Shown piece after piece: positions 8,922 to 18,028 of a DNA stretch of 64,000 nt (the first letter of the stretch is position 1; the number at the start of each line of letters is the position of its first letter). A program made the position numbers and the translations under genes. The stretch lies in assembly GCA_038885755.1 (NCBI GenBank), contig JAVZZH010000001.1:192001-256000 (forward strand), in the 5' to 3' direction. Origin of the DNA: Candidatus Caldarchaeum sp. Its GTDB lineage: Archaea > Thermoproteota > Nitrososphaeria_A > Caldarchaeales > Caldarchaeaceae. The notes below the pieces were generated by a model. That model was given only the letters and a program-made list of their open reading frames with translations. It was not told where the DNA came from and searched no databases.

Positions 8922-8977
8922 AAAGCCGACCAAACCGCATATAAACTTAACTTTAGGAGATAAGAGGCCTGATCGGC

Positions 8978-9442
8978 TTGACTGAGGGTTCTAAGGTCGT
9001 TGTAAGGATTAGGCATGGAGAAAGGTTGGTGGAGTTTGAGGGTAGCCGTGAGGAGGTCTGGGCAGCGGTCAACAAGTACTTCTCCGAGACTCTCGGCCCC
9101 GTCGAGGTTGTGTCAAGGCTTCGAGGTGAAGTTGACGTCTCCGAGATTGCGGCCAAGCTGTCGGGTAAAGTTCTTCTATGCGACGGAAAAGTGGACGTGC
9201 TAGTCCAAGGGGACGCCAAGAAGAGAATAATTCTTTGTCTGGCGGCTGCTTTCGTCGGCAGGAGGTTGGGGATGGTTGGATCTGATTTCCTGTCGCCGAA
9301 GGAGGTCGCGGGCATTCTTCGCATAGACGAGCGGGTTGCGAGGGCAAGGCTTAGCGAGCTGTGGAAAAGCGGCTTGGTGGACAGGGACGAAGACGGACGA
9401 TACAGATTTAAGCCTTTCACGTCACTCAAACTGATCGAGTGA
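8978..9442 (+). CDS. Winged-helix domain protein (paralogue 1)
   Basis: C-terminal wHTH (LSPKEVAGILRIDERVARARLSELWKSGLVDR..GRY); N-terminal VRIRHGERLVEFEG module. Confidence 0.75.
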   Translation: MTEGSKVVVRIRHGERLVEFEGSREEVWAAVNKYFSETLGPVEVVSRLRGEVDVSEIAAKLSGKVLLCDGKVDVLVQGDAKKRIILCLAAAFVGRRLGMVGSDFLSPKEVAGILRIDERVARARLSELWKSGLVDRDEDGRYRFKPFTSLKLIE

Positions 9443-9449
9443 AGGGGGG

Positions 9450-9932
9450 ATGACGAGCCTCCGTGTTTCCATAGCTTACGGAGAGTTGAAGGCAGAGTTT
9501 GAAGGAGCGCCTGAAGACGTTTACGTGCAGGTCGTGAGGTTTCTGGAGCGTTCGATACCCGGGTTCGTCCTAGCGTCAAAGCTCAACGCTTTCCCCGGAG
9601 CCGAGGAGCTGCTCACGAAGCTTGGCGACGTTCTCGCTTACACGACATCCGACGGCGTTTTCGTCAAGAAACCCCTGTCTGAAATGCCTACGTCGAGCGC
9701 CCTCCTGCTGTATGCGGCTTCTAGGTATATCAACAACCTCCTCGGGTTTTCCGACAAACAGGAGTTCTCCTCGTCGGAGCTTGCTGGGGCTTTGGCGAAG
9801 CCTGAGAAAACCGTGTCGGGCCGGTTGACCGAGCTCGTTCAGCGTGGTTTTCTGAAAAGGGTTGGTAGGGGTGGATACGTCATAACACCTCAGGGGCTGG
9901 CCTATCTCGTCGAGTCGTCCGCCAGCATCTGA
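9450..9932 (+). CDS. Winged-helix domain protein (paralogue 2)
   Basis: C-terminal wHTH (FSSSELAGALAKPEKTVSGRLTELVQRGFLKRVGRGGY); N-terminal VSIAYGELKAEFEG module. Confidence 0.75.
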   Translation: MTSLRVSIAYGELKAEFEGAPEDVYVQVVRFLERSIPGFVLASKLNAFPGAEELLTKLGDVLAYTTSDGVFVKKPLSEMPTSSALLLYAASRYINNLLGFSDKQEFSSSELAGALAKPEKTVSGRLTELVQRGFLKRVGRGGYVITPQGLAYLVESSASI

Positions 9933-10312
9933 GAGCTTTTCTCAGTGTTTTTAGAGGCTTCGACGTAGACATACCTGCGTGGCTCGCCCACCCTTTCGAG
10001 CACTCCAGACCTCACTAAGTCCAGCAGCACGTGGGCTACGGCAGTCGTGTCGTAGTGGAAACCTCGACGCTCCAGCTCCGCAGCCACCTCCGACAGGGTT
10101 CTGCCGTTCTTCATCCATCCAACGTGCACGAGTTCTTCTACGGCTTTACGGCATGTGATTGGTTTCCTGAATGATGCGGGCTTTGTGGGTTGTGGCTCGG
10201 CTGTTTTTAGGGCTGTGAGGACGTTCTTGACGGCTTCCTCTATCTTGTCGATGGGGGCTTCTACTTCTACGGTGGCTGTTCCAGTGGTTATTTTTACCTT
10301 GATCGTGCTCAA
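9902..10312 (-). CDS. Winged-helix domain protein (distant paralogue 3)
   Basis: TTG start at 10312; N-terminal VKITTGTATVEVEA module, linker, then wHTH (RTLSEVAAELERRG..TAVAHVLLDLVRSGVLERVG..RRYVY). Confidence 0.72.
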   Translation of the reverse strand: MSTIKVKITTGTATVEVEAPIDKIEEAVKNVLTALKTAEPQPTKPASFRKPITCRKAVEELVHVGWMKNGRTLSEVAAELERRGFHYDTTAVAHVLLDLVRSGVLERVGEPRRYVYVEASKNTEKSSQMLADDSTR

Positions 10313-10381
10313 TTGTTTCCACTGTTGCTCATCTTGCGCAACATTTATATTTGTCCTATCAACAGAGAACGTAGCGAGTTG

Positions 10382-11404
10382 ATGACCAAGATGACCAACC
10401 AATACCTTCACCAACTAACACCCACGCCAGACATCCTAGACCTGCTAAAAACTTTTTCCGCCGTAGCTGGAGACACCGTCAAACAACTGCATGGCTCGGA
10501 GACCCTGCCCCTCCAAGCCGACGACGACTACCCCGACCTGCCTATCCAGCTTCTCACGGCAGACGTGTTCGAAACAATCCCAATCACCCACTCAAGCATC
10601 ATAGTCCCCGTAGTGGCCTGCGACATGTCCACAGTCAAGGTTGCTGAAACCACTCGTGGAAGCGTGTGGGCTGTTAGGGGAAGCATAGTCGTCAGGCATG
10701 GCTCCGAGCTCACGGCGTCCGTCGTCGGGCCCTTCATCTACAACATATCAGCCTACACAGCGGCAAAAATAGTAGACGCCCTGCTCGCCTCGCTGGGTGC
10801 TCGCCGGAGGATCAGGTTCCTAGACGTCTCAACCGCCCCAAAAATCATCAGCAACCTGTTCGAGAAACTTATCCAGCTCTACGCCGGAACTCTGGCCAAG
10901 GACGGTCTGCTCCTAGTTGACGGGGCTTTGACCGCAGGACCCATGGACAGCCCCCCGGCCGTTGTCGAGAAAATCGTGGAAACCACGCTCGGCTCAAGCT
11001 ACGGCGTCATAGCCTTCTCCAAGTCAACCACTCTGATGCTCTACGGGCAGAGAATAACTTCCTACGCAGCCGGAACCCCGCCTCCCTACGTCATCAAGCT
11101 GCCCACGCTGAGGGACTTGGTCGTGAGGAACGGGTCGGTCTACGTCGCACGCCTGTCTTCATCACGAACTCCTTTCCGAGTCGACGTCGTCTCAAGAACG
11201 AACGACGAGCAAGTTTTCAGCCTGCTTCTTTCAAGCGATAGCATCGTTAACGGATACCCCGAATCCCTGATACTTGCGCATCATCTAGCTAGACTCAACA
11301 GGCTCGACGTCCTAGGCATAAGCACGCGTCTCGAAGTCCTGATGAGGATGAAGATTACAAAGAACGATGTCAGGTCGATGCTGTTCACCCCGGTCGACGG
11401 GTGA
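10382..11404 (+). CDS. nurA: NurA-family nuclease
   Basis: VACDMS, LLVDGAL, SKST and the C-terminal GYPESLILAH signature; directly upstream of a HerA-like ATPase. Confidence 0.8.
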   Translation: MTKMTNQYLHQLTPTPDILDLLKTFSAVAGDTVKQLHGSETLPLQADDDYPDLPIQLLTADVFETIPITHSSIIVPVVACDMSTVKVAETTRGSVWAVRGSIVVRHGSELTASVVGPFIYNISAYTAAKIVDALLASLGARRRIRFLDVSTAPKIISNLFEKLIQLYAGTLAKDGLLLVDGALTAGPMDSPPAVVEKIVETTLGSSYGVIAFSKSTTLMLYGQRITSYAAGTPPPYVIKLPTLRDLVVRNGSVYVARLSSSRTPFRVDVVSRTNDEQVFSLLLSSDSIVNGYPESLILAHHLARLNRLDVLGISTRLEVLMRMKITKNDVRSMLFTPVDG

Positions 11405-11411
11405 ACGACCC

Positions 11412-12911
11412 GTGAGAATTCTATCGAAAAGAGGCGACCTTCTCGAGCTAATATGCGTCCCCGCCGAGTTGGTCTTCGAGATAGGCGACTATCTCAGGAT
11501 ATCTCAGGAAGGACGAACGATGCTCGTCCAAGTGATAGACGTCTCCTATCCTGAGCTGCCCGGAACGGCCGAGGACCTTCTCAGGGACATGGTTCTTCAG
11601 GAGGTTGAGGGCAGGCGTGTGCTTGATGTTTACGACACGGATTCGGTGTCGATGTTGCTGAAGGAGACTAGGCTAGTGCTGGCTAAGATAAGGGTTGTTG
11701 TTGACGAGGGACGTCCTCGCCACAACTCCTCGTGGATTCCTAGCCGTTATTCATCTGTTTTCGAGAAGGCCACAAACGACTTTCTCCAAAAAATTGTCCA
11801 CGGCGGATGTGCCGGGCCTTTCTTCACGGTCGGCGACGTAGGGAGCGAGCCCTTTTCGCTGTCTCTGCGTGGGCTAGACGGCTGCTTAACCATCATCACG
11901 GGCAAGAAGGAGAGCGGTAAATCTCACTTGGCTAAAGTTTTGGTGGAATCGCTGGCTTCTCACGGAGCCACCGTTCTCGTCTTCGACGTCAACGGAGAAT
12001 ACCTCCAACTGGGCAAGACAGTTGAAGGCAAGAAAAGCCACATAGCTGATTCAATCCACGTCCTAGAACCGGGTAGGAACTTCAGAGCAAGCTTGCAGAG
12101 CATGGGGCTCAAAACCTTTCTAGACATACTGGAGCACGTATACGCCACGCCTTCAACGAGCCTGAGGGAGCTTGCGAGAATATGGAAGAACGCCGAGCGA
12201 CGTGGCGAAGTTAGCTTGGAAAACCTGCTGACCGCCGTGGAGAAAGAGAACATGAACGAAGCTGTCAGGGAGGCTCTCTTATCCAGGCTTCAGAGCATCA
12301 AGTCTTCAGGCTTCTTCGACGAGGACCATAACACGGACATCGAAGAGGCTTTATCCAGCAAGCCAAACGGAAACGTCGCCGTCGTCGACCTGTCGAAGCT
12401 GCTGCCCAGCACTCGAAGACTAGTTGTCGAGTATCTTCTGAGCCGTCTCTCGGGACTCCTAGGCGTGAACAAGCTCGACCCGGTTTTCCTTCTAGCTGAA
12501 GAAGCACATCTCTACCTCCGTGAAACCTACTGGGAAGACATAGTGACCAGAATGAGGCATCTGGGAGTCTTCCCGATGATAGTGACGAACCAGCCCGACA
12601 CAATTCCTGAGCTTGTTTACAGACAGGCTGATAACATTTTTCTGTTTAACTTCACGAACGACTCGGACCTTGATAAGATTGCGAAGGTTTCGAAGGTGGA
12701 CGCCGAGACTGTTAGAACCTTGGTTAAGAAGATGCCTCCAAGGTACTGTCTGGTCATCGGAAGAATTGTAAGCGACATACCTTTGATGGTCAGGGTGAGG
12801 CCGAGCAGCTTGATGACCATGGGGAGGACTAAACTGTTTTTTAGAGACCGTGAGCTGAGTAGGAGAGGGGATGAGAAACAACAGCCTGAGGAGCGTCTAC
12901 AAATTATATAG
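11412..12911 (+). CDS. herA: HerA/FtsK-family ATPase (HAS barrel + P-loop)
   Basis: Walker A GKKESGKS, FDVNGEY, Walker B LAEEAH, RMRHLG, TNQP. Confidence 0.88.
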   Translation: MRILSKRGDLLELICVPAELVFEIGDYLRISQEGRTMLVQVIDVSYPELPGTAEDLLRDMVLQEVEGRRVLDVYDTDSVSMLLKETRLVLAKIRVVVDEGRPRHNSSWIPSRYSSVFEKATNDFLQKIVHGGCAGPFFTVGDVGSEPFSLSLRGLDGCLTIITGKKESGKSHLAKVLVESLASHGATVLVFDVNGEYLQLGKTVEGKKSHIADSIHVLEPGRNFRASLQSMGLKTFLDILEHVYATPSTSLRELARIWKNAERRGEVSLENLLTAVEKENMNEAVREALLSRLQSIKSSGFFDEDHNTDIEEALSSKPNGNVAVVDLSKLLPSTRRLVVEYLLSRLSGLLGVNKLDPVFLLAEEAHLYLRETYWEDIVTRMRHLGVFPMIVTNQPDTIPELVYRQADNIFLFNFTNDSDLDKIAKVSKVDAETVRTLVKKMPPRYCLVIGRIVSDIPLMVRVRPSSLMTMGRTKLFFRDRELSRRGDEKQQPEERLQII

Positions 12912-13494
12912 GAGCAAGATTCTGAGAGCTCTGAGAAGTTTCAGGGAGAACAGGAAAGACCCCTCGCGAGTCTGGGAGGAGCTGGTCTTCTGTCTCTGCA
13001 CTCCTCAGACCAGAGCCCGAAACGCCTTGAACGCTGTGGAGAAGATGAGAAGCCTTGGGTTGTTGAACAACCCTGACAGCGTCAGAACAGCTCTGGTGTT
13101 GAAGGAGTGCGGCGTACGTTTCCACAAAACGAAAGCAGACAACATACTGCGGGCTTTCAGGCAGTTCGGCGACATCCTAGACAGGCTGAAGAGCGAGAGA
13201 GATGTTTTCAAGCTCAGGGATTACTTGGTTAACAACGTCAAGGGCCTTGGCATGAAGGAGGCCAGTCATTTTCTCAGGAACATAGGGTTTGAAGAATGCT
13301 CCATCATAGACCGCCACGTGCTCAGCCACCTAGTCTCCGCAGGCTTTGTCCGCAGTAAGCCTCGAAGCTTGACGAGGAAAAGATACCTGATTCTGGAGAG
13401 GAAGTTCAAGCTATACGCCGAGAAGGCCGGGTTCAAGCCGAGTGTGCTCGACCTCGTGGTCTGGGCTGCTGCCACCGGCGAGGTTATAAAATGA
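12871..13494 (+). CDS. ogg: 8-oxoguanine DNA glycosylase/AP lyase (Ogg2 type)
   Basis: ELVFCLCT, GVRF, the HhH motif VKGLGMKEASHFLRNIG, IIDRH, and C-terminal TGEVIK. Confidence 0.92.
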   Translation: MRNNSLRSVYKLYRSKILRALRSFRENRKDPSRVWEELVFCLCTPQTRARNALNAVEKMRSLGLLNNPDSVRTALVLKECGVRFHKTKADNILRAFRQFGDILDRLKSERDVFKLRDYLVNNVKGLGMKEASHFLRNIGFEECSIIDRHVLSHLVSAGFVRSKPRSLTRKRYLILERKFKLYAEKAGFKPSVLDLVVWAAATGEVIK

Positions 13495-14423
13495 GGCCCG
13501 TGTTGAGCGAGGACCTCAGGGCGTTCTTGACGGAGTTCGCTCCAGAAAACTTCGAACAGATCGTCGAGACGTATTCCAAACCTCTGCCTGAAACCTTCCG
13601 TGTCAACACGCTAAAAACCTCCGTCGAAGAATGCTTGGACCTACTGGCCGAGGAGGGTGTTAACGCCAAGCCTGTCGAATGGCTGGAGAACGGGTTTTAC
13701 GCCGAGCCGCCGGGGGTTTTGACGACATCGATATGGCACATGCTTGGCTTGGTCTACATGCAGGGCCCTGTCTCGATGCTGGTCGCTGAGGTTTTAGACG
13801 TGAGGCCGGGGGACAGGGTTCTAGACCTGTGCGCAGCACCCGGAAGCAAGTCCACCTACATAGCCCAGAGACTTCAAGGAAGGGGAGTTGTGGTAGCCAA
13901 CGACGTTTCGAGCACACGGATCAAGGCTTTAACGTCCAACCTTCAACGCTGCGGCGTGGTAAACTGTGTCGTGACACTTGCCGACGGTAGGTGGCTTGGA
14001 AGACGCATGGAAAACCACTTCGACAAAGTTCTCGTAGACGCGCCCTGCAGCTCGCTCGGCGTCGGCTCAAGGCACTGGAAGGTTTTGAGGACTTGGAGCC
14101 CGAGGTACTCGGCCCGGATCAGCCGTCTCCAGCTAAGCCTCTTACTCTCAGGGTTCATGGCTTTGAAGCCCGGGGGAACGCTGGTCTACGCAACATGCAC
14201 CTACCACCCGTTCGAGAATGAGGCCGTTGTTTCGGAGCTGCTGGAAAGGCGTGAGGACGCTGAGGTGTTGAGCATCAGCCTAAGAGGCCTCAGCCACAGC
14301 AAAGGAGTTGCCAAATGGCGGGATCACGTGTACAGCCAAGAGGTTGAGAAGACTGTAAGGGTCTATCCTCACCAGTCGGGCGCAGAAGGCTTCTACATAG
14401 CTAAGCTCATGAAGAAGAAATGA
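13491..14423 (+). CDS. RNA m5C methyltransferase (RsmB/RsmF/NOP2 family)
   Basis: DLCAAPGSK, VDAPCS, YATCT, ENEAV. Confidence 0.93.
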   Translation: MRPVLSEDLRAFLTEFAPENFEQIVETYSKPLPETFRVNTLKTSVEECLDLLAEEGVNAKPVEWLENGFYAEPPGVLTTSIWHMLGLVYMQGPVSMLVAEVLDVRPGDRVLDLCAAPGSKSTYIAQRLQGRGVVVANDVSSTRIKALTSNLQRCGVVNCVVTLADGRWLGRRMENHFDKVLVDAPCSSLGVGSRHWKVLRTWSPRYSARISRLQLSLLLSGFMALKPGGTLVYATCTYHPFENEAVVSELLERREDAEVLSISLRGLSHSKGVAKWRDHVYSQEVEKTVRVYPHQSGAEGFYIAKLMKKK

Positions 14424-14869
14424 GGCTGAGCATAGACCGCAGGAAGGAATTCGCCGAGTCTGTGAGGAAGCATCTAGGAGCCGTGCTGGCGACTGAGGAG
14501 CTGGTCCTGCTGGAGGCAGGTGAGGGCAAGTTTAGAGCCACCACAACCGAGGCGCTGGAAACAGCTTCCATGATGAAGGGGGTTCAGCTTGTAGGGCTGT
14601 ACGTAGGCAAGAAGAGGGGGGAGCTTACGACCCTCACTATCGAAGGCTGCATGCTGATAGCTGAGATAGATGCGAGGTACGTCGTCGAACTTACTAAGGA
14701 GCAGGCGCTCGTGTGGATGAAGGGCGGGCCTGTCAAGGTGGATGCGCAGAGCCGAGCCGTTATCGGAAAGTACAAAAGATTCTACCTCGGCACAGCCTTG
14801 GTCGACAGGCTCGGAAACGCCTACCCGCAGATACCCCTGTGGCGAAGAATACCGCCCGCAGTCGAGTGA
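14420..14869 (+). CDS. NIP7/PUA-like RNA-binding protein (partner of the methyltransferase)
   Basis: Overlaps the methyltransferase stop (ATGA); GLYVG, LTIEG and VELTKEQALVWMKGGPV resemble RsmF C-terminal/NIP7-like domains. Confidence 0.6.
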   Translation: MRLSIDRRKEFAESVRKHLGAVLATEELVLLEAGEGKFRATTTEALETASMMKGVQLVGLYVGKKRGELTTLTIEGCMLIAEIDARYVVELTKEQALVWMKGGPVKVDAQSRAVIGKYKRFYLGTALVDRLGNAYPQIPLWRRIPPAVE

Positions 14870-17071
14870 TCATCTGACAGAAAGCTTGAGGGGCAAGTAT
14901 CTGCTGACGTGGTATAAGGCGTAGCCCGCCACGTTTTCAACCTCTGAAAACTCGTTGACCTCTGTCTGGAGCTGTATGGCGGGAGTCATCCAACCCTCAG
15001 CTATGTCCATGGCGTGCACTGTGAAAAGGACTTTATTGCTGGAGGTTTTGGCGACGACTTCGTGAAGCATTTTTTTGTAGTTTGCGACGGTGTGATTCCC
15101 CGTGAGAGGGTCTTTGATCGACTTGATGAAGGGATTCGTCACCACAACCAAGTAGTCAACCATCGTGTATAGATCGTTGCCCGCGTTGACATAGCTGTTT
15201 GGGTTTTTGGCGGACATGGGGTCGTATTCCAGAAAAACCTCAAGACCTTGTGCTTGCGAGAGTCTTCTAAGATGGCTGAGGTATATGTTGATGCCTTCAA
15301 CCACTTTGTCGCTGCTCCAGTCAGCCCCCGTGAGGTAGATGCCTTCAAACCCCATCGAAACAGCGGAGGAAACAGTTTTCTCGGCGAAGACTTCGGCGAA
15401 GTCAGCTCTGCATGCGAAATCTATGTCTCCAGACTTGTCGACGCATTCTGGAAAGTCTCTCATTAGTTTCGACGAGTTAAACCCATGGTAGCCGTAGTGG
15501 ACGGAGGTGTATCTTGACTTCAGGTAGACGCCTAGCAGAGGACGGACGCCTGCAGCCTTGACAGCATCCACCAGCTTCCTGATGTCTCGTTGACTCCACT
15601 CGTTGTTGGAGAGCTTGAACCTAAAGCTCTTGGAGTAGTCGCCTCCGTAAAGAACGCCGTCGGGACCTATCGGAAAAACCACATGGGTTAGCTTGAACTT
15701 TTCCACTAAAAACTCGGCGCTGTATTCGTCGACTTTGTCGAACAGAGACTCGACCCCCTCCGAAACCCCTACTCTAAGCCTAGCTGGCGGTAGTGTAATC
15801 CCATGCACGGTAGGTAGAAGCCCGACCACAAGAGACAATATAATGATTAGGGATATGAAAGTCATCCGCTGTAAAGTCCAGACGGTTTTGCTTTTTCCCC
15901 GCAGATGGTTGACATAGATGGTGATGAACCTGCTTCCACCCAGCAGCCCGGAGAATATCAGCAGAGCTCCTCCCAGCGTAAGCGACTCAACCTCCCTAGC
16001 GACGACTATCCTTCCGATGTTCCTCAAGTCGAAGATGGCTAGTATGGCTTGTGCTGACGCGATGAACAGAAGGCCGGCTAGAATAAGCAAAGCTGTATTT
16101 ACATAGAGTTCCCTCGACCCTCGCTGTAGCACGCACAGCAGAAGCAGGGGAAGGACCCATAACACGTACTGCACGTTTACTTTCGCTGAAGTCGCCAAGA
16201 ATGCGAGCAGGGTTGCTGTCCATAGGTCGAACAGGCCAGAGCTCCGCCTAAGGCCTTGTTTCATCGAGTAGTATAGGAGTATTGCAAAGAACCCGTAAGA
16301 TATTACTGGAATGGCGGGCGGGGGAGACACAACCGATAGGACAGTCCAGTAGCTGAAACTTCCGATGTTTCCAAAATGGTAGAGGAGCTTGTCAATTAGG
16401 GGCAGAGGGTTGTTCAGGAAAGGCGACGCCGGAAGTATAAACCCTGTCGCCGCTGCTCCGAAAAAGGCCAACGTCTTTCGCGTCGGAGTGTTTTGCATGA
16501 AACGCATGTGCACGATCGACGGTACGACCAACAGTAGGGGGAAGATCTTGACTGCGCCTCCGAGGCCCAGCAAGAAACCAGCCACGTGGGTTCTGCCGCG
16601 CAGCATCATGAGGAGGCTGTAGAGGCTCAACGCAACTGCAACCGCGTCGAACATTCCCCAGACAGAGGATATGGCTATGACGAGGGGGTTGAACAGCCAA
16701 AGCAGAGCAGCCTTCCCAGCATGCCTTACTAAGCCGAGCTCTCCAGCGATCTTCGATATCAGCACTGCGACCACCAAGTCAGCCGCTACTATCGGAGCCT
16801 TCAGGATCAAAACCTGCACGTTCAGGCTGCTGAGCAAGGGCGAAGCTAGGCTGACCAGGCTAACCCAGTAAAGCCATACAGGAGGGTAAGTGTAAAACCC
16901 CCACGGAAAATCCGTCAGACTCTTGACCTCGTACACGTTGATGCCCCTCGAGAAGAGCTCGCCACTCTGAACCCAGACGTAAACATCCCATGAATGCCCT
17001 GTGAAGGGTGCTAAAACCAGCCTGATGGATGCTGCCGCTAAGTAGAGGAGCACCATCTTGGCTGAAGACAT
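14870..17071 (-). CDS. GT-C fold membrane glycosyltransferase (GT87/DUF2029-like) fused to a C-terminal glycoside-hydrolase-like domain
   Basis: GHSWD, YTYPP, WLFNP, WGMFD, VKIFP and NVQY motifs with many TM helices, then about 300 aa soluble alpha/beta domain. Confidence 0.75.
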   Translation of the reverse strand: MSSAKMVLLYLAAASIRLVLAPFTGHSWDVYVWVQSGELFSRGINVYEVKSLTDFPWGFYTYPPVWLYWVSLVSLASPLLSSLNVQVLILKAPIVAADLVVAVLISKIAGELGLVRHAGKAALLWLFNPLVIAISSVWGMFDAVAVALSLYSLLMMLRGRTHVAGFLLGLGGAVKIFPLLLVVPSIVHMRFMQNTPTRKTLAFFGAAATGFILPASPFLNNPLPLIDKLLYHFGNIGSFSYWTVLSVVSPPPAIPVISYGFFAILLYYSMKQGLRRSSGLFDLWTATLLAFLATSAKVNVQYVLWVLPLLLLCVLQRGSRELYVNTALLILAGLLFIASAQAILAIFDLRNIGRIVVAREVESLTLGGALLIFSGLLGGSRFITIYVNHLRGKSKTVWTLQRMTFISLIIILSLVVGLLPTVHGITLPPARLRVGVSEGVESLFDKVDEYSAEFLVEKFKLTHVVFPIGPDGVLYGGDYSKSFRFKLSNNEWSQRDIRKLVDAVKAAGVRPLLGVYLKSRYTSVHYGYHGFNSSKLMRDFPECVDKSGDIDFACRADFAEVFAEKTVSSAVSMGFEGIYLTGADWSSDKVVEGINIYLSHLRRLSQAQGLEVFLEYDPMSAKNPNSYVNAGNDLYTMVDYLVVVTNPFIKSIKDPLTGNHTVANYKKMLHEVVAKTSSNKVLFTVHAMDIAEGWMTPAIQLQTEVNEFSEVENVAGYALYHVSRYLPLKLSVR

Positions 17072-17113
17072 ATCTATTTTTACAGCTTCAAATTCTATTT
17101 AAGTGATTTCAGC

Positions 17114-17998
17114 ATGGATGTCGGCGGTGAGCTGGGTTTTCTTCTCCGGCAGCGAGAGACGTTCCTAGGCGTTGAGACGAGGCTCGAAGAATCTAGTTAT
17201 TTTTTCTTCGGCTTCCCCTTTGATTTGACGAGCTCGTTCAGGCTTGGTTCACGGCACGGCCCCGAGGCTGTGAGAAGGTTCAGCGCAAACCTTGAGGTAA
17301 ACAGCTGGGTCAAACCTTTCGACGCAACGGCGGCCAAGGTGTTTGACGGTGGCGACATAGCCTTCGACAACAGGCTGTCGACCATGCTGAAGCGTGTCTA
17401 CCGTGTTGTGAGGAAGACGGTGGAGCTCGGGAAGACGCCTGTGATGGTTGGTGGCGAGCATACGGGGACTCTGCCCGCCACCTTGGCCCTCGGAAACAGG
17501 GCGTCGGCCATCGTTGTGCTAGACGCGCACTTCGACCTGAGAGAGGAGTACGGAGGTCTTAGAGTAAACCACGCTACTTACCTGCGGAGGCTGTTGGAGA
17601 AGAGGCCTGAAATGAAAACTGTTCTGCTGGGGGTTAGGGGATACGACCTAGCTGAGGAGAAGTTCGCTCGGGAGAGGAGCATCGTCTACGTCAAGGCCTC
17701 TGAAGTATGCGACGTCTCGAGGACATTTAGGCTTTTGAGGGATTGTTTGAAGGGGCGAGATGTTTACGTTTCAGTCGACGTCGACGTGCTCGACCCCTCG
17801 TATGCACCGGGAGTAGGAAACCCGGAGCCGGGAGGCTTGACAGTAAGCGAGGTTGTGGAGCTGGTTCACTATCTCGGAGGCTTTAGGCTGGTTGGGTTCG
17901 ACTTGATGGAGGTCAACCCGGTTTACGACAACGGCCTAACGGCTGCAGCCGCCACACGGATACTCGTAGAGCTCCTCGCCTGCAAGGCGGAAAGCTAA
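17114..17998 (+). CDS. speB: Agmatinase
   Basis: Ureohydrolase motifs GGEH, DAHFD, SVDVDVLDP and PGVGNPEPGG. Confidence 0.92.
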   Translation: MDVGGELGFLLRQRETFLGVETRLEESSYFFFGFPFDLTSSFRLGSRHGPEAVRRFSANLEVNSWVKPFDATAAKVFDGGDIAFDNRLSTMLKRVYRVVRKTVELGKTPVMVGGEHTGTLPATLALGNRASAIVVLDAHFDLREEYGGLRVNHATYLRRLLEKRPEMKTVLLGVRGYDLAEEKFARERSIVYVKASEVCDVSRTFRLLRDCLKGRDVYVSVDVDVLDPSYAPGVGNPEPGGLTVSEVVELVHYLGGFRLVGFDLMEVNPVYDNGLTAAAATRILVELLACKAES

Positions 17999-18028
17999 AA
18001 AGCCATCACAAGAGGTGTTAGGCTGGAG

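Noticed and set aside
8978-9932. ESCRT-II (Vps22/25/36) identity for the winged-helix pair
   Set aside because: Only one clear wHTH per protein, with DNA-binding-type recognition helices and no ESCRT gene context.
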